Positions 49,548 to 64,000 of a stretch of DNA of 64,000 bases are shown here, one piece after another. The stretch is from Trichosphaerium sp. ATCC 40318. Lineage: Eukaryota; Protista; Tubulinea. Where the stretch lies: assembly GCA_038496445.1 (NCBI GenBank), contig JALMLS010000516.1, positions 310,001 to 374,000 of the forward strand, read 5' to 3'. Below the pieces are notes generated by a model. That model searched no databases. It worked only from the letters and a program-made list of their open reading frames with translations, and was not told where the DNA came from. Position 1 is the stretch's first letter, and every line of letters starts with the position of its first letter. A program made the translations under genes and the position numbers.

Positions 49548-51725
49548 ATGGCAGAGAGAAATAACATGTTTGGCGAGTTAACAAGCTTCAATAAAGAGGG
49601 CTTAAACCCAACGAACACTGTAGTACACCACAACACATTTATAAACGAAGCAGGCGTAACCAGTCCAATAACACGCGGTCATGCCGATTTTGAAGATAGC
49701 ATAGAGTACTTTGACGATCCAGTAGACTTTAGAGCAAAGGTAAGCGCTCAAAGACGCTAAAATACGGCCGTTTACAATTTTAGATAAAAAAACTGGCAAA
49801 GTTAGTTAAAGAGAGCAAACACTTGGTGGTATACACTGGCGCTGGTATCTCAACCGCAGCGTCACTACCTGGTACAAATCTACAAAAAACACGTTGAAAA
49901 ACTTCCGCGTTAATCCCTGAACACCCACTTTCAACATCAAACAGCGTTGACATGATTTTTAGATTACCGTGGTCCTCAAGGAGTATGGACAATGAAAGAC
50001 AAAGGTTTAGAAGCACCAAAAAGCATTTCACTCGAAGCAGCACGCCCAACAGTACGCCAAAAACCCTTCCAAAAGCAATCGCTAACAGAACGTAAAGTAT
50101 ACTCACATGGCACTTGCTTCACTTGCCAAGGCTGGCGTATTAAAAGCAGTAGTTACAACAAATATCGATGGACTACATCTGAGAAGCGGTATAGACAAAG
50201 AAGCTGTACTAGAACTTCACGGAAACGCACACACTGATAGTACGACATGAGGCATTGGCGACAGTGCACTAACTAGTTTTTTTCAGCTGGAAGCGTCATC
50301 AACTTCGGTCAAAGCTTGCCAAAAGAAACTTATGATAAGGCAGATAAACACTCCATGAAGTCTGACCTTGCTTTGGTACTTGGTACGTACACTCTGCCTT
50401 TTTTGATTTTGCAGGCGCACGGCGGTTCGTTGTCAGTACTAATGGCCTTCCAAGGTACAAGTTTACGTGTCAAACCAGCTTGTATGTTGCCTCAAAACTC
50501 ATATGAATACAACAACGGAAATATGGTTATTGTAAACCTTCAAAAGACGCCTTTCGATGAAAAAGCAGCTGCTTGTATTCGAGTAAGTATTCAATTATAC
50601 ACTTGCAACCATATATACCTAACCGAAATTGTAGGGTTCAGTCGATGATGTTATGCAGTTGCTCATGCAAGAGCTCTCAATGGACGTAGATATGACTCTA
50701 CCAGATGGTACAAAGTTACCTGAAAGAACGCTACCGGATATTGATAGCATCCACAACGAAAAACGTAAAAACGTTGCAAAGGTTCGTGAGCATAGTGTAC
50801 GTAATTGTAGTTAACTCTATATGTCTAGCAAGTAAAGACACTTAAAAAAAAGCAAGGAGACCTGATAGTAGGTACTGTAAACAACAAGAAACGTGGATGT
50901 TTCTTCGTTGAGAATCAACGGTTTGATACACAAACCAAGAAGGTGCTGGATAAGCACAACAAAAGCGATGCACTATACGTTGCTAACTGTGCCAATGGCG
51001 ATTTTACAATTTCATCAACATGCGCCAAGCTTATCATCGGTACGGAAATTACTTAGCCTTACCCTCGCTTACGCCTACACAGAGCGATGTGAGAACTGTA
51101 GTTTTACTGTTACAGGCAAAGTTATTACAGCTATTGGAGAAGTCATAGACACAACGAACTGTACCCTACATATTTGCGTGCCAATGTATACATTAACAAT
51201 CGACAAGAGTGAGGTAGGTTTCTTGTATTTGTTGCAAGGCCAGTCTAGATACTAATCATGATATTTAAGAATATTACTGTGGCTTGGAGAACACCACACC
51301 TCCTAAAGAATATCTACACTAATAGATACAAAGCTGTACAAATTGTTTACCACAAGAGCTTGCCTGCCTACAAAGTGCCAGAAGTGTCAGAGGTATGCTG
51401 TTTTTCTTTGAGTCAAGTTTATCTTACAGTACTTAAGGATAATATTACCGAGACGTATATCACTCATATTGTTGCCAACGAGCTTCAAACAGAGTTGGTT
51501 ATACGCGAAGGTATTGGATATGCAACCACTGTACGTGAAAAGAAAATAGCAGACGATAAACTCGAGAAGAACTTAAAGATCATGGAGAAGGCCTTCAGGG
51601 CTATGGTAAATATTAAAAAAAAAGAAGCAGTAGCTAGCGGCAATTCTGATCCTAATTTTCTCAATTTTTAAATAGTGACTCCAAAAAGACGTAAGAGGGA
51701 CGACCCAACAGCATACTTGCACTGA
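49548..51725 (+). CDS. Class IV (SIRT6/7-like) sirtuin with N-terminal thymosin/WH2-like motif and C-terminal CAP-C/CARP-like domain; zinc subdomain absent
   Basis: [70 protein letters not shown]; beta-helix-like LYVANC, KLIIERCENC, LTIDKS; last exon uncertain (stop at 51671 or about 51725). Confidence 0.88.
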
Positions 51726-51998
51726 AGAAGCGCTAATGCTAATCCTCAAAAATTCTTATTATTTGTAAATAAATGGCCCACCGACACTTTTGAAAATTGA
51801 CAATTGTTCAAGTTAACTGCCGCTCTCAACACTTTTTTAACAGTCGCCCTTCGCCAGGAATAAAGTAACCACAGGCGAATGATTTACACTGCTTAGGACA
51901 ACAGTGGCATTTTAAGGGGAGCCTGCGAATTTGGAGATAAGTTAAGCAACCATTGATTTTAAGGTCAATTGTGAAATTTAACTATTTAGAATACAACA

Positions 51999-52899
51999 AT
52001 GCGTGCAGCTCTAGTTCTTTGCCTTGTAGCCTTTACATTTCTTTATTACGTCGACGCAAGGGTTTTATTTGACTTTACCACCAGAGACATCAATTCCAGA
52101 AGATGGTTTGAGGTCAGTGACACCGTCCGCTCTGTAGGTACGCTTACCGTTCGTACACCAATTCGATGAATGATTACAAGACCGCTAGCTCTAATACTTT
52201 GCGCTAGGAATGTCTTTCGCCACGATTGGAACTCAGACAGCGCAAATGTTTAAAAGAGCGATATTTTTTGCCCTATTAAATCCCCAACCAAGTACGTTTG
52301 ACCAAAACTGTTCTTCGTTCAAAAGCTGTAAAAAGTACATAACACAAACTAGAACGGTCAGGTCTTTCTTTACTTTCTCAAGTTTTATTTTCAGAAATCA
52401 CGTGGAGTGATCTTTTTTTACTTCCTTGGCTTTTTTTGAATAAAAACTCGAACAAAATTTATTTATTTTGGTGATAGATGGTGCTGCTTTTGCGAGTAGA
52501 CAACGTAATGTCAGATGGAATCTAAAGTCTTACACTCATTTGAAATTAAATATCCGAGCTCAAGGAAATAGCAGTCGATTCTCCATTGTCTTATTCTCGA
52601 AGAACCAAGAGGATGAATATCAACAATTTTTCTTATTGGACGGTGACCAGTTCACAGACGTCCTATTGCCTTTTGAAGACTTTGTAGCGTTTAGAAGAGG
52701 TACAACACGAGCTCTTGAAATTCATTTTTCTAAATTGTTGAAAGGCGTGGTTATTCCTGATGCAGATCCTATTGACACTAAACGTCTAAGAACCTTCGGT
52801 TTCCGAGTTGCTGGTGGCGTCTTCTTTGAGCCAGAAGAGAGACAATCCGGTCCTTCTTCACTAGAAATCAACACTGTGGAAGCTGTAACACTCCCATAA
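51999..52899 (+). CDS. CIA30 (NDUFAF1-like) domain protein with signal peptide
   Basis: MRAALVLCLVAFTFLYYVDA signal peptide; LFDF, WFEVSDTVRSVGMS, NGAAFAS, LPFEDFVAFRRG, QSGPSSLEI. Confidence 0.8.
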
Positions 52900-52984
52900 A
52901 CGATTGTGTAGTGGAAATAAACAGAATTCAAAACCCGTATTCATTCATAAGTCAGCCGTTTACTTAACTCAACTTAAAAACCAC

Positions 52985-54388
52985 ATGGGAAACGCTGCAG
53001 GACGAACGTTAACTGCCAAAACCACTGCAAATGAGGTAGCTATTCACCACAAGGCAAATTTAAAGGGTAAAAAAGTGGTAGTGACAGGTACAAATTATTT
53101 TACCTCACTTGTCATTATCCTACCTTAAAATACCTACTCAGGCGCTAATGGTGGGATTGGTATGTATTCACGGTGTTTTGAAGCGTATTCATCGTCGTAG
53201 GATACCAAACAGCTCGAACGCTTGCCAAAAATGGCGCAGACACTATATTAGCATGTAGAAACGCCGATCGGGCGTCAAAAGCAGTTAATAGTATTAAGGA
53301 AGAGCTAAAACGTGACGGTATCGATAGCGCTGTAGAGTACAAGCAGGTACGCCATCGACGTGTATTCTCAACAGTTAAATCCATCCAAGCTTGACCTTTC
53401 ATCCTTGCAATCTGTGCGCGATTTTGCAAGCAATTTGGATGTGTCAAAAATTGACATCCTGATACTTAACGCTGGTCAGGATAGCCACTGTTTTAAGGAT
53501 CTAAACCTATACTAGCTTGCCTGTACTCAGATAAGAAGGAAACATCAGAAGATGGGTTTGAGAAGCTTATTGGCGTCAATCACTTTGGGCACTTGTAAAA
53601 AAAACTAGCAAGCTAGTTTTTGATACTTACTTTCTTGTAGTTTGTTAACTCACCTCTTGCTTCCTGAATTGAAAGCTTCAGAATCTTCACGTGTTGTAGT
53701 GGTATCTTCTGAGGCATACAAGTGGGGTGATTGTACGTATCACGTTTTTCAATCTGTTTCCGTTTAACATACTCAGTACAGCTGGACGACATAAACTATG
53801 ACAAGAGATCATACCCAGTACGAGAAACCAATCTTACAGGTATTAACAATACTCTGTGTAGCCTTTAAGAGCGTATGCAAGTAGTAAGTTGGCCAATATA
53901 TTCTTTATGAGTAAGTCAAAAAAGCCCATTTCATCTCTAATAAAGCAAAGCCGAATTGAATACGAGACTACAACAGCAAGGTCATAAGATCACTGTAAAT
54001 GCTGTTCACCCTGGTAAATGAAAAAATAAGTGCCAGGATTGATCACTTTCTTAGGTGCTGTCTGGAGCGATGGACTCGACAAAGTAATTACTTCTTGGGG
54101 CACTTTCACTAGGATTTTTGAGCCAGCATTTAAAACTACCGAACAAGTACATCCACAATGAACAACACGATTCTAACACGAAACCTCAAGGGAGCGGCAA
54201 CATCTGTACATGTTGCTTGCAGTCCAGAGTTAGAGGGTGTTGGCGGAAAGTATTTTAATGATTGCAACGAGCAAGAAATGCTAAAATTGGCTAAAAACCC
54301 AGAGCTAGCTAGTAAACTCTTTGACTTTAGTTTGAAAGCTGTTGGACTTGACGAAAATGGAGTACCAAAGAAAAATAAAAATAACTGA
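52985..54388 (+). CDS. Short-chain dehydrogenase/reductase (RDH12/WWOX-like), probable N-myristoylation
   Basis: VVTGANGGIG, LDLSSLQSV, GVNHFGHFLLT, VVVVSS, YASSKLAN, AVHPG, EQGAATS, GKYFNDC. Confidence 0.93.
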
Positions 54389-54443
54389 AATTTCATCTTG
54401 TCTTTTGAAAACACGTGACATATTTTTGACTATTACGAACAAA

Positions 54444-56179
54444 ATGGCCTCTCCAACAGGCAAAAACGTACAAAGTACGACAGAACCAGAAATTGAGGTG
54501 CTAGGAAGCAGCGCAAGTGAAAACACGACCGTTCTGGACAACTTTCAAAAGCAATTCGCTCTACTGTCTAAAGACAAGCGAACAGAGTTCCTTGCCGCTG
54601 TTAATACCTTTGATGTACGCTTTAAGAGTTAGTTTACGTAAAAATGATTTATTGACGCGTAGGATGAGGAGGAAGGCGCTGACTTTGGCCAGCTATTAAC
54701 CAAGCTGGACAGTATCGTTGGTTTGTACCGACAACTTTCTTTTTCTTTTTGTCCAACCAAATTGTATCAAGTGTCATTCAAGCATAGGAGGAGAGCTCAC
54801 ACAGAAGTTTAAGGAGATTACAATCGAAAATAAAGAACCTCAAGAAGAGCCTAAGATTACCAAGTCTCCAACCGCTACAAAAAAGGGAGGATCTTCCATT
54901 TTGAAACGCGTTCAATCCAAAAACTTACCAAGCACGTGAAAAATCGAATTTTACATTACGAAAAGCATACTTACCAATGTGTAGAAGAACGTATCGATCT
55001 TGAGCTTGGTCCTGATTCTGGCACTTCTCCTCTACAACGCATAAGCTCTGTGCGTTTTGCTCCTCACCAAAACGATGATGGGGACAAAGACAAGAAGGTG
55101 AAGCTAAATGTTGGTATGTTAAATGTTAATTAACTCGCTAAATATTTGCTGATCTTGTTTTAGGAGGTGTCATTTACTATACACGTATTAAAACACTGAC
55201 GTCAGAGCTAAACACGTGGTTTACAAAGATACAAGACGAGTTGTACGATCTGGAAGATGGTCAGTAAAAAACCACAAAGTGTAACAACTAACATTTGAAA
55301 CAGGAGAAGAATTCTTTATTGATAGAAATGGACAACTTTTTGGCTATGTCCTCGACTTTATGAGGTAAGCAACCACGTGTTTTCGATTAATAGGTAACAA
55401 TTTTAAGGGACAAGGCTAGAGTGGTGCTACCTCCCGAACCACATAAGCAACAACAATTATTTAACGAAGCAGAACACTTTAACCTTCGAGCATTAGCACA
55501 TATAATTACACGTAAAACCGGTGTACGCTCACTTTTTACTCTGTACACCGCAGCTGAATATCTTGCAGTCATTTTTCTTTTGGCGCATCACTGGTGGTTC
55601 CAAATACGTTGTAGACAATGGACTTGGCATCCACAACACTGGAGGTGCAATGTGAAACGTCAACAAATTGCAACTAACTCTTCAAAGATGGTCCGCTGCG
55701 TGTTGAAACAGCTTTTCTACCTGTTACTGGAATATCTAAATCATCGTTCGCTCTTCGTGTTAACGACCGCATTGTATTTGGTCTAACAAAGGCAAAGAAC
55801 GATGAAGACAAGACTGAATCCCATTGGGTATTATTGGTTTTTTCAAACAGATTTCATTGTGGCTAAAATATTACTTATAGATGAGATGGCGTAGGCCAAA
55901 TCTATCATCATCTAGTGGTGTCTCTGTAGTATCAGACAAGAAGAGAAGTCTTCTTACAGCAAGTATCGTGTACGACGCAAACAAGAGCACTGTCATGTTT
56001 TATTTGAATGGCTTGCTAGTTGGCAGGTTCGAGGTAAGCTCATAATCACATAACCAATAACAGTACAATACTGACATTTCTCCTCGTAACAGGACAATAC
56101 CTTGGCAAAAAAACAGTGGGCTATATTTTTCGAACTAGCAAGAAGAGACAAAATTTTGTGCCTATCAAAAAATGAATAA
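54444..56179 (+). CDS. KCTD-type BTB/POZ protein with beta-rich (SPRY/ConA-like) C-terminus
   Basis: VKLNVGGVIYYT, FFIDRNGQLFGYVLDFMR, LFNEAEHFNL. Confidence 0.85.
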
Positions 56180-56255
56180 GTTTTTTGTACATTTTTTTTT
56201 TAAGTGAAGTTGTACAAACACAGTCAAGAATAATAAAATCCTGTACGCTCTTTGA

Positions 56256-57595
56256 ATGCACCTACATAGTATTGGTATCTTTTTTGTTGCGTTGTATTTG
56301 CTTCTAGGCGTGTGTACAGGCGATAATCATCCAAAACGTCACTATTTGCCTCTATTTAACGGTCAGCAATAATATCAAGCGTAGTCGTTCACCCACAGCG
56401 TAGATGAAGACGATTTCTCAATACCTACAGTAGAATACTCATCATTAACGCCTCAAACCTTCTGGAAGGATTATGTCGCTGAAAGCCGCCCAGTGGTACC
56501 ACAAAACGTTAAAACAACATTTGATTAAACGCGTAAGGTCATAAAAAACGGTATAAACAACTGGAGCGCTCTAAAGTAAGCGATTTAACTCATTCCACGG
56601 TCTTACACAAAACAAAGGTGGTCAATCAACAGTTTAACAGAAAGAGCGGGACATAATCGCGTTTCCGTTGAAACATCAAAGGATAACGACTTTTACTGGT
56701 ATGGTGATAGGTTTAAGCCTGTAACACTCCTCTTTCGTCAGTTCTTGCATGTACTTGAGCACCCTGATGGCCACCCAAACATGTACCTTGCCCTCTGCGA
56801 TGCAGAGTAAGTATATCACGTGATATTCGCCTTTAACATGTGGACTAGTGCGCTTCCTGAACTACTTGATGATGTACAAAATTTAACCTTCACGGAAAAC
56901 CTCACTCCATCGAGTCAGGGCTATGTTAGTTTTTTTGTTCACGTGTTAGTTGCACTTTAACGTTTATGTAGATATCGTTATGGATGGGAAGAGGAGGGCA
57001 GGTATCAAAGTTACACTTTGACGAGTTTGAAAATGTGATTTGCATGGTATGCACCAACATTTAGTCTTGAATCTCACCCACATGATCAGACTCATGGTTC
57101 AAAGTCGTGGACGTTAATCGACCCCACCTACACTGACAATCTATATGTAAAAGCAGGAGACTTCTCAAGGGCGATTCCTCCGTACAGCATGGTACAAACC
57201 GAAGCTTGGTAGAAAAGTGCGCTAAAGCACATTGCAGGTGGATATCAACAATCCCGATTTAAACAAATTTCCGTTGTTTGCTGAAGCACGTAAACACACC
57301 CTCGATATATCAGAAGGAGATTGCCTTTTTGTACCTTACTCATGGTGGCATCAAGTATCATCTTCACCAGGGTACAATACCTCACTTCACTAGGGCATAT
57401 TTCTGACGACTTTGTTAGGTTTAACTCTGCTGTAAACTTTTGGTTTGAACCGCATTCGACTCTCCTAGATCGATTAATGGGCGGCTGGATTAAAAACCTT
57501 ATTTTAACAAAGGTAAAACCAACTCTAACACGCACTATTATCCTATCTGATAAAGAAACCAGGCTATGGAAGAAGAAGAAAGAGAAGAATTGTAG
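56256..57595 (+). CDS. JmjC/cupin-8 2-oxoglutarate oxygenase with signal peptide and C-terminal REEL
   Basis: RPVVIKN, LWMG, LHFDEFEN (HxD), GDCLFVPYSWWHQV, AVNFWF; hydrophobic N-terminus; ends EEEEREEL-stop. Confidence 0.88.
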
Positions 57596-57953
57596 AGTAA
57601 ACAAAATGTTGGATACCTGCACAACCTGTCGTATTGACCCAACTATGTTACTCGAGAACATACTATTTTCAATTCACCATAAACTAGGCACTGTAACACC
57701 TGCGAATATTGTAATTATCAAACCAAAGGCATTGCTTTGGTCGATTTCATGGTTTCACCCTTTTTAACTTTTTTTCACATAATATTTTTAGAATTGAAGT
57801 CACTCGAAAACACTAATTAAAAACGGCACTAAACCACTCATCTGCTGTATTAGTTTATGAAAGTATAGCTTTCCTTGTGTTGAACACCCAGGCCAAAAAA
57901 AAATGAATTTTCTGTCAGTTACTTGCGATTTCTGTGTCAACTTTTATTGGTAA

Positions 57954-57968
57954 CTCCTGGAAAGTTCG
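57954..57968 (+). promoter_or_regulatory. Putative heat-shock element
   Basis: cTCCtgGAAagTTCg: three alternating nGAAn units with one mismatch, about 65 nt upstream of the Hsp70 ATG. Confidence 0.4.
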
Positions 57969-58031
57969 CAACATTTTGCTAGCTTTCCTACTCTTTTACC
58001 TAAATACACTACAAAGCAACCCACAACAAGA

Positions 58032-60585
<2,554 letters not shown>

Positions 60586-60647
60586 TAAATATAACACTAA
60601 ATTAGACGTGTGTTCCAAATAAAATTTTATTACAACAAACAATTCAG

Positions 60648-62471
60648 TTAGTAGTACTCTAGCAGCATGTCAAAAGAGGCTTTGAATGCAACTAATATTG
60701 TAGGACTATTAGTGTTTGCTGACGGAATATCTGGAAAGACTGAGGCGTCGATAACACGTAATCCATCAATGCCTAATATTACGTTACAAAAAAGTTACTT
60801 TTAGCAAACTGAGCCGTACCCATTACGCGAAGGTTCGTGTCCACAACTGCAAGTGGATCAGATGGTATACCCATTTTACACGTGCCAGTAGGGTGTGATA
60901 ATGAAGCGGAGAAGTTAACGATGAAGTTCTTGAAGAGGTTGTAAGCATAAAAACTTGATTGTTGTAAAAATATAATGTAAAAATATAATGTACCTCTATA
61001 TCCGCATCTGTCGCTGTAAATGGTAAAAATAGAGGGAAAACAGGCACTCCCAAATCTACAGCATTCTTGTACATATTGAGCGCATATCTGGTGCACATTA
61101 TAGCCTTGTCAAGGTCTTGTCTAGCCAACATAAACTGAGGATCAATAAAAGCGTTCTCTAGTGGATCGAGAGATGCAAGAGTGACGTTTCCTCTACCCTC
61201 AGGTCTCAATAACCCAACAATGGTCGCTCTCAGAGACGCCAAGAACTCGCAACTTGGTCTACCTGAAGTTTCAGGTCCGAAAACAAAGAAAGTAGGTGGC
61301 TGGGTATTTGTTATTTCAGGCTCTGGTGGATCTGGACGAAGGTATCGCAAAAAAATGAGAGGATGATCTTGAAGATTCTGACCAACGCCAGGGAGGTCCA
61401 AGACAACTGGGATGCCCATATCGGTGAGGTGCTGTGCAGGTCCAATACCAGACAACATCAAGAGTTGAGGTGTTTTGAATGTACCAGCAGACACAATAAC
61501 TTCCGCGTTCGCATCAATTGTGAATGTCTTGTTCCTTCGGATAGAAAATACTTCAACACCAGTAACACGTGATCCATCAGGAGAAATGATGAGTTTAGTG
61601 ACAAGGTGGTTCAGCATCACTTCCAAGTTGCGAGGTCGAGCACCAACCAAAGGTCGGACAAATGTATCGTATGTCGTCTCCCTTACAAGGTACTCGTCGC
61701 CTTGGTCAGGAGGGAATACGAGTTGCTCCATGGAAGAGATACCATACTGATCGCCTGAGTTGTATCCGGCAGAGTTAAAAGGAAATCCAGCGGCGGTTGC
61801 GGCTTGCACCATTTGATCAAAAAATGGTACGTTTTCTGGAAGGGTGTATACTCCCATTTTCCTTTCTGTAAAGTGACGCCAAAGTCCTAGTCTATTCCAA
61901 GACCATCTCGAATCGCCAAGGTGATTAGCTAATAAATCCCAATCTTCCCTATTTCCCCAGAGATGAGCCATTTGATTGTGTGTGTTGCATCCACCCGCTA
62001 TTTTTGCTCTTGGTATGAAAATCTCGCGGTTGGCAAGTCCTGGTTGAGGTACAGTATCGTACTCCCACTCCATGAAACTAAACTCTGGACTCCTAAACAA
62101 GCTTATCAGTAAAAAGCACAAAAAAAAAAAAAAGAACTTTAATTTATGGCGACAACATTTGTAAATTTCACGTGCCTTTGAACGAACACAGAGCCATTTC
62201 GAGCATCCCATATCGGTACTTCAGAATCGTGACCTCCTGCTTCGATTAACAAGACAGTTTTGCCTCTGAGCTTGGAAAGCTGTGATGCTACGATAGAACC
62301 CGCTGTACCGCTTCCAACGACAATAAAGTCATAATCTAATAAAGAGTTAACCTTTTTTAATTTTTCCTTTGCCCAAAATAAATAGGTAAGCTTACTTGTT
62401 CGAGATACTTTTGTTTCGGCAAATAGAGCCAAGCACGCGATTATTAGAACAAGCACGTGACCAAAATTCAT
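60648..62471 (-). CDS. Secreted GMC oxidoreductase (choline dehydrogenase/glucose oxidase family)
   Basis: Signal peptide; [62 protein letters not shown]. Confidence 0.93.
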
Positions 62472-62952
62472 GACAAAAAGTATGAGCAGTTGTTGCTGCC
62501 CAAGTTGTGAAGATGGAGAAATATACAAAACGCGAACACAAACTTGATCTGTACAAGTCAGGTATTCTGACTACCATAATTTTCCGTTTCGCCCCTGTTA
62601 GCGGTTTCTTTAATACATAAGCAGTCGTTGTTTTTTTTTCTCCCTGTTTGCTGCAGGCTTAGTTTTGCAAAATGTCTACTACCAAGTTAAGACCCAAATT
62701 AAACTGCACTCACGTTACAGCCATGGTAGTTATCAAAGAGTGACTTGAGATCCTTTGTGTTTAATAAATGTCACGATATTTCCTAAACGAAGTAGACGGC
62801 CGTGGCAATGATCTAGTCTATATTTCGCGTAAAATAAGAAAGTACCAATGGTTTTTTGAAATGTTTTTTTATTTTCCTAACTGCGTGATTATTTTTGTTT
62901 TTTGGTTTTGTTCGATTACAATGGCCTCTTTTGCAACGCAATAATACACTGA

Positions 62953-64000
62953 CTACATATTTAACTGGGTTAAAATATTACACTGCTCCTTTGCTTCTCG
63001 CGACGCTTGTACGACAGCCACGAGCTCTTCCTTTGGACAAGCCTCTCCTATTGAGAGATATTGATGCTAGCAATCCGTTAGAGATTTTTTCTGATATCAC
63101 AAAAATAAAAAAACAAATCTTACCTTTACAAGTACATTTGAGCCTTGGCGTTGAGCTGGCTCTCTTTGGAGGCATTGACCAACAAAATCCTTGAACGCAG
63201 CACTCCACAACTGAGGTTGTTTGAGACCAGGGATACCCTTTGTTGTAATCAAGAAGAGAGCACGCAAAGGAGGATACTCCTACAAAAACTCGTTAAGTAA
63301 ATTATTGCCAAACAACACTACAAACAAACAAAAAAAGATCGCGTGCAAAGTAATAGCGCGTACCATGTATGGTGGTTCTCCCTCAGCCATTTCCATAATC
63401 ATAATACCCAAACTCCATAAATCAACCTTTTGATCGTAATGTTGACCTCTAATGAGCTCAGGCGCCATCCAGTATGGCGTACCAACAATAGTGGTACGTT
63501 TTTGACGCTTTTGCGTGAGCTGTGCAGCGTAACCGAAATCGGCAATCTTAACAGTGCCGTCAGATCCAATAAGGATGTTATCTGACTTTATATCACGATG
63601 GATTCTATGTAAACTGTGAAGGAACAACAATCCTTTCAAGGTCTATAGCAACTTAGTACGAAAACAAAACAAAAGTGTGCGATTAAAAAAAACCCACCTC
63701 GCCAGTTACACGAGCGATTTGTCCTTCTGTCATTTGAACAGCTTCGAATTGTTCGAGAATCTCAGTTAGACAACCGCCGCCCATATATTCCATGACAACC
63801 CACAATTTGTTTTGCAAGAGGTACGACTCTATGAATCGTACAATATTGTCGTGACTACTCGATCGCATAATATCGATCTCGTTAATCAATAGCTTCATGT
63901 TTTGCGTATTTAGAGGCATAACCTTGATAGCAATAGTCGTATTCTCAATAACATCTTCTGCTTCAAATACTTCACCAGCAGCACTAAAAGAAACCAATTA
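62953..64000 (-). CDS. PAK/STE20-family protein kinase (3' part; runs off the window end)
   Basis: [67 protein letters not shown]. Confidence 0.96.

Noticed and set aside
62093-62175. GC-AG intron in the GMC gene, and likewise 4228-4272
   Set aside because: In-frame GT donors exist nearby, so these are not counted as firm

Overview
Eukaryotic, AT-rich, compact genomic DNA with about 25 protein-coding genes split by roughly 200 short spliceosomal introns (my estimate; mostly 40-60 nt, dominant donor GTACRY). The gene content (Frizzled/Smoothened-like receptor, PAK, Rho, Rab, DENN, RGS, class IV sirtuin) suggests a protist, possibly an amoebozoan; that assignment is inference. All gene models were spliced by eye. 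Main observations: (1) an intact chimeric gene fusing a BMT5/DUF2431 rRNA methyltransferase domain to an Hsp70 substrate-binding beta-sandwich, closely matching the Hsp70 gene 55 kb away with both introns kept; (2) a SIRT6/7-type sirtuin that lacks its Cys4 zinc subdomain and is flanked by a beta-thymosin/WH2-like motif and a CAP-C (CARP)-like domain, a candidate actin-directed sirtuin; (3) three U12-type minor introns (one AT-AC) and at least five GC-AG introns; (4) structured non-coding elements: a long G:U-rich hairpin in an oversized RPL11 intron, a pre-miRNA-like hairpin and a ~680 bp foldback; (5) an atypical, probably GTPase-deficient Rho, an ER-targeted JmjC enzyme and a frameshifted F-box/MORN-variant gene of possible giant-virus origin.
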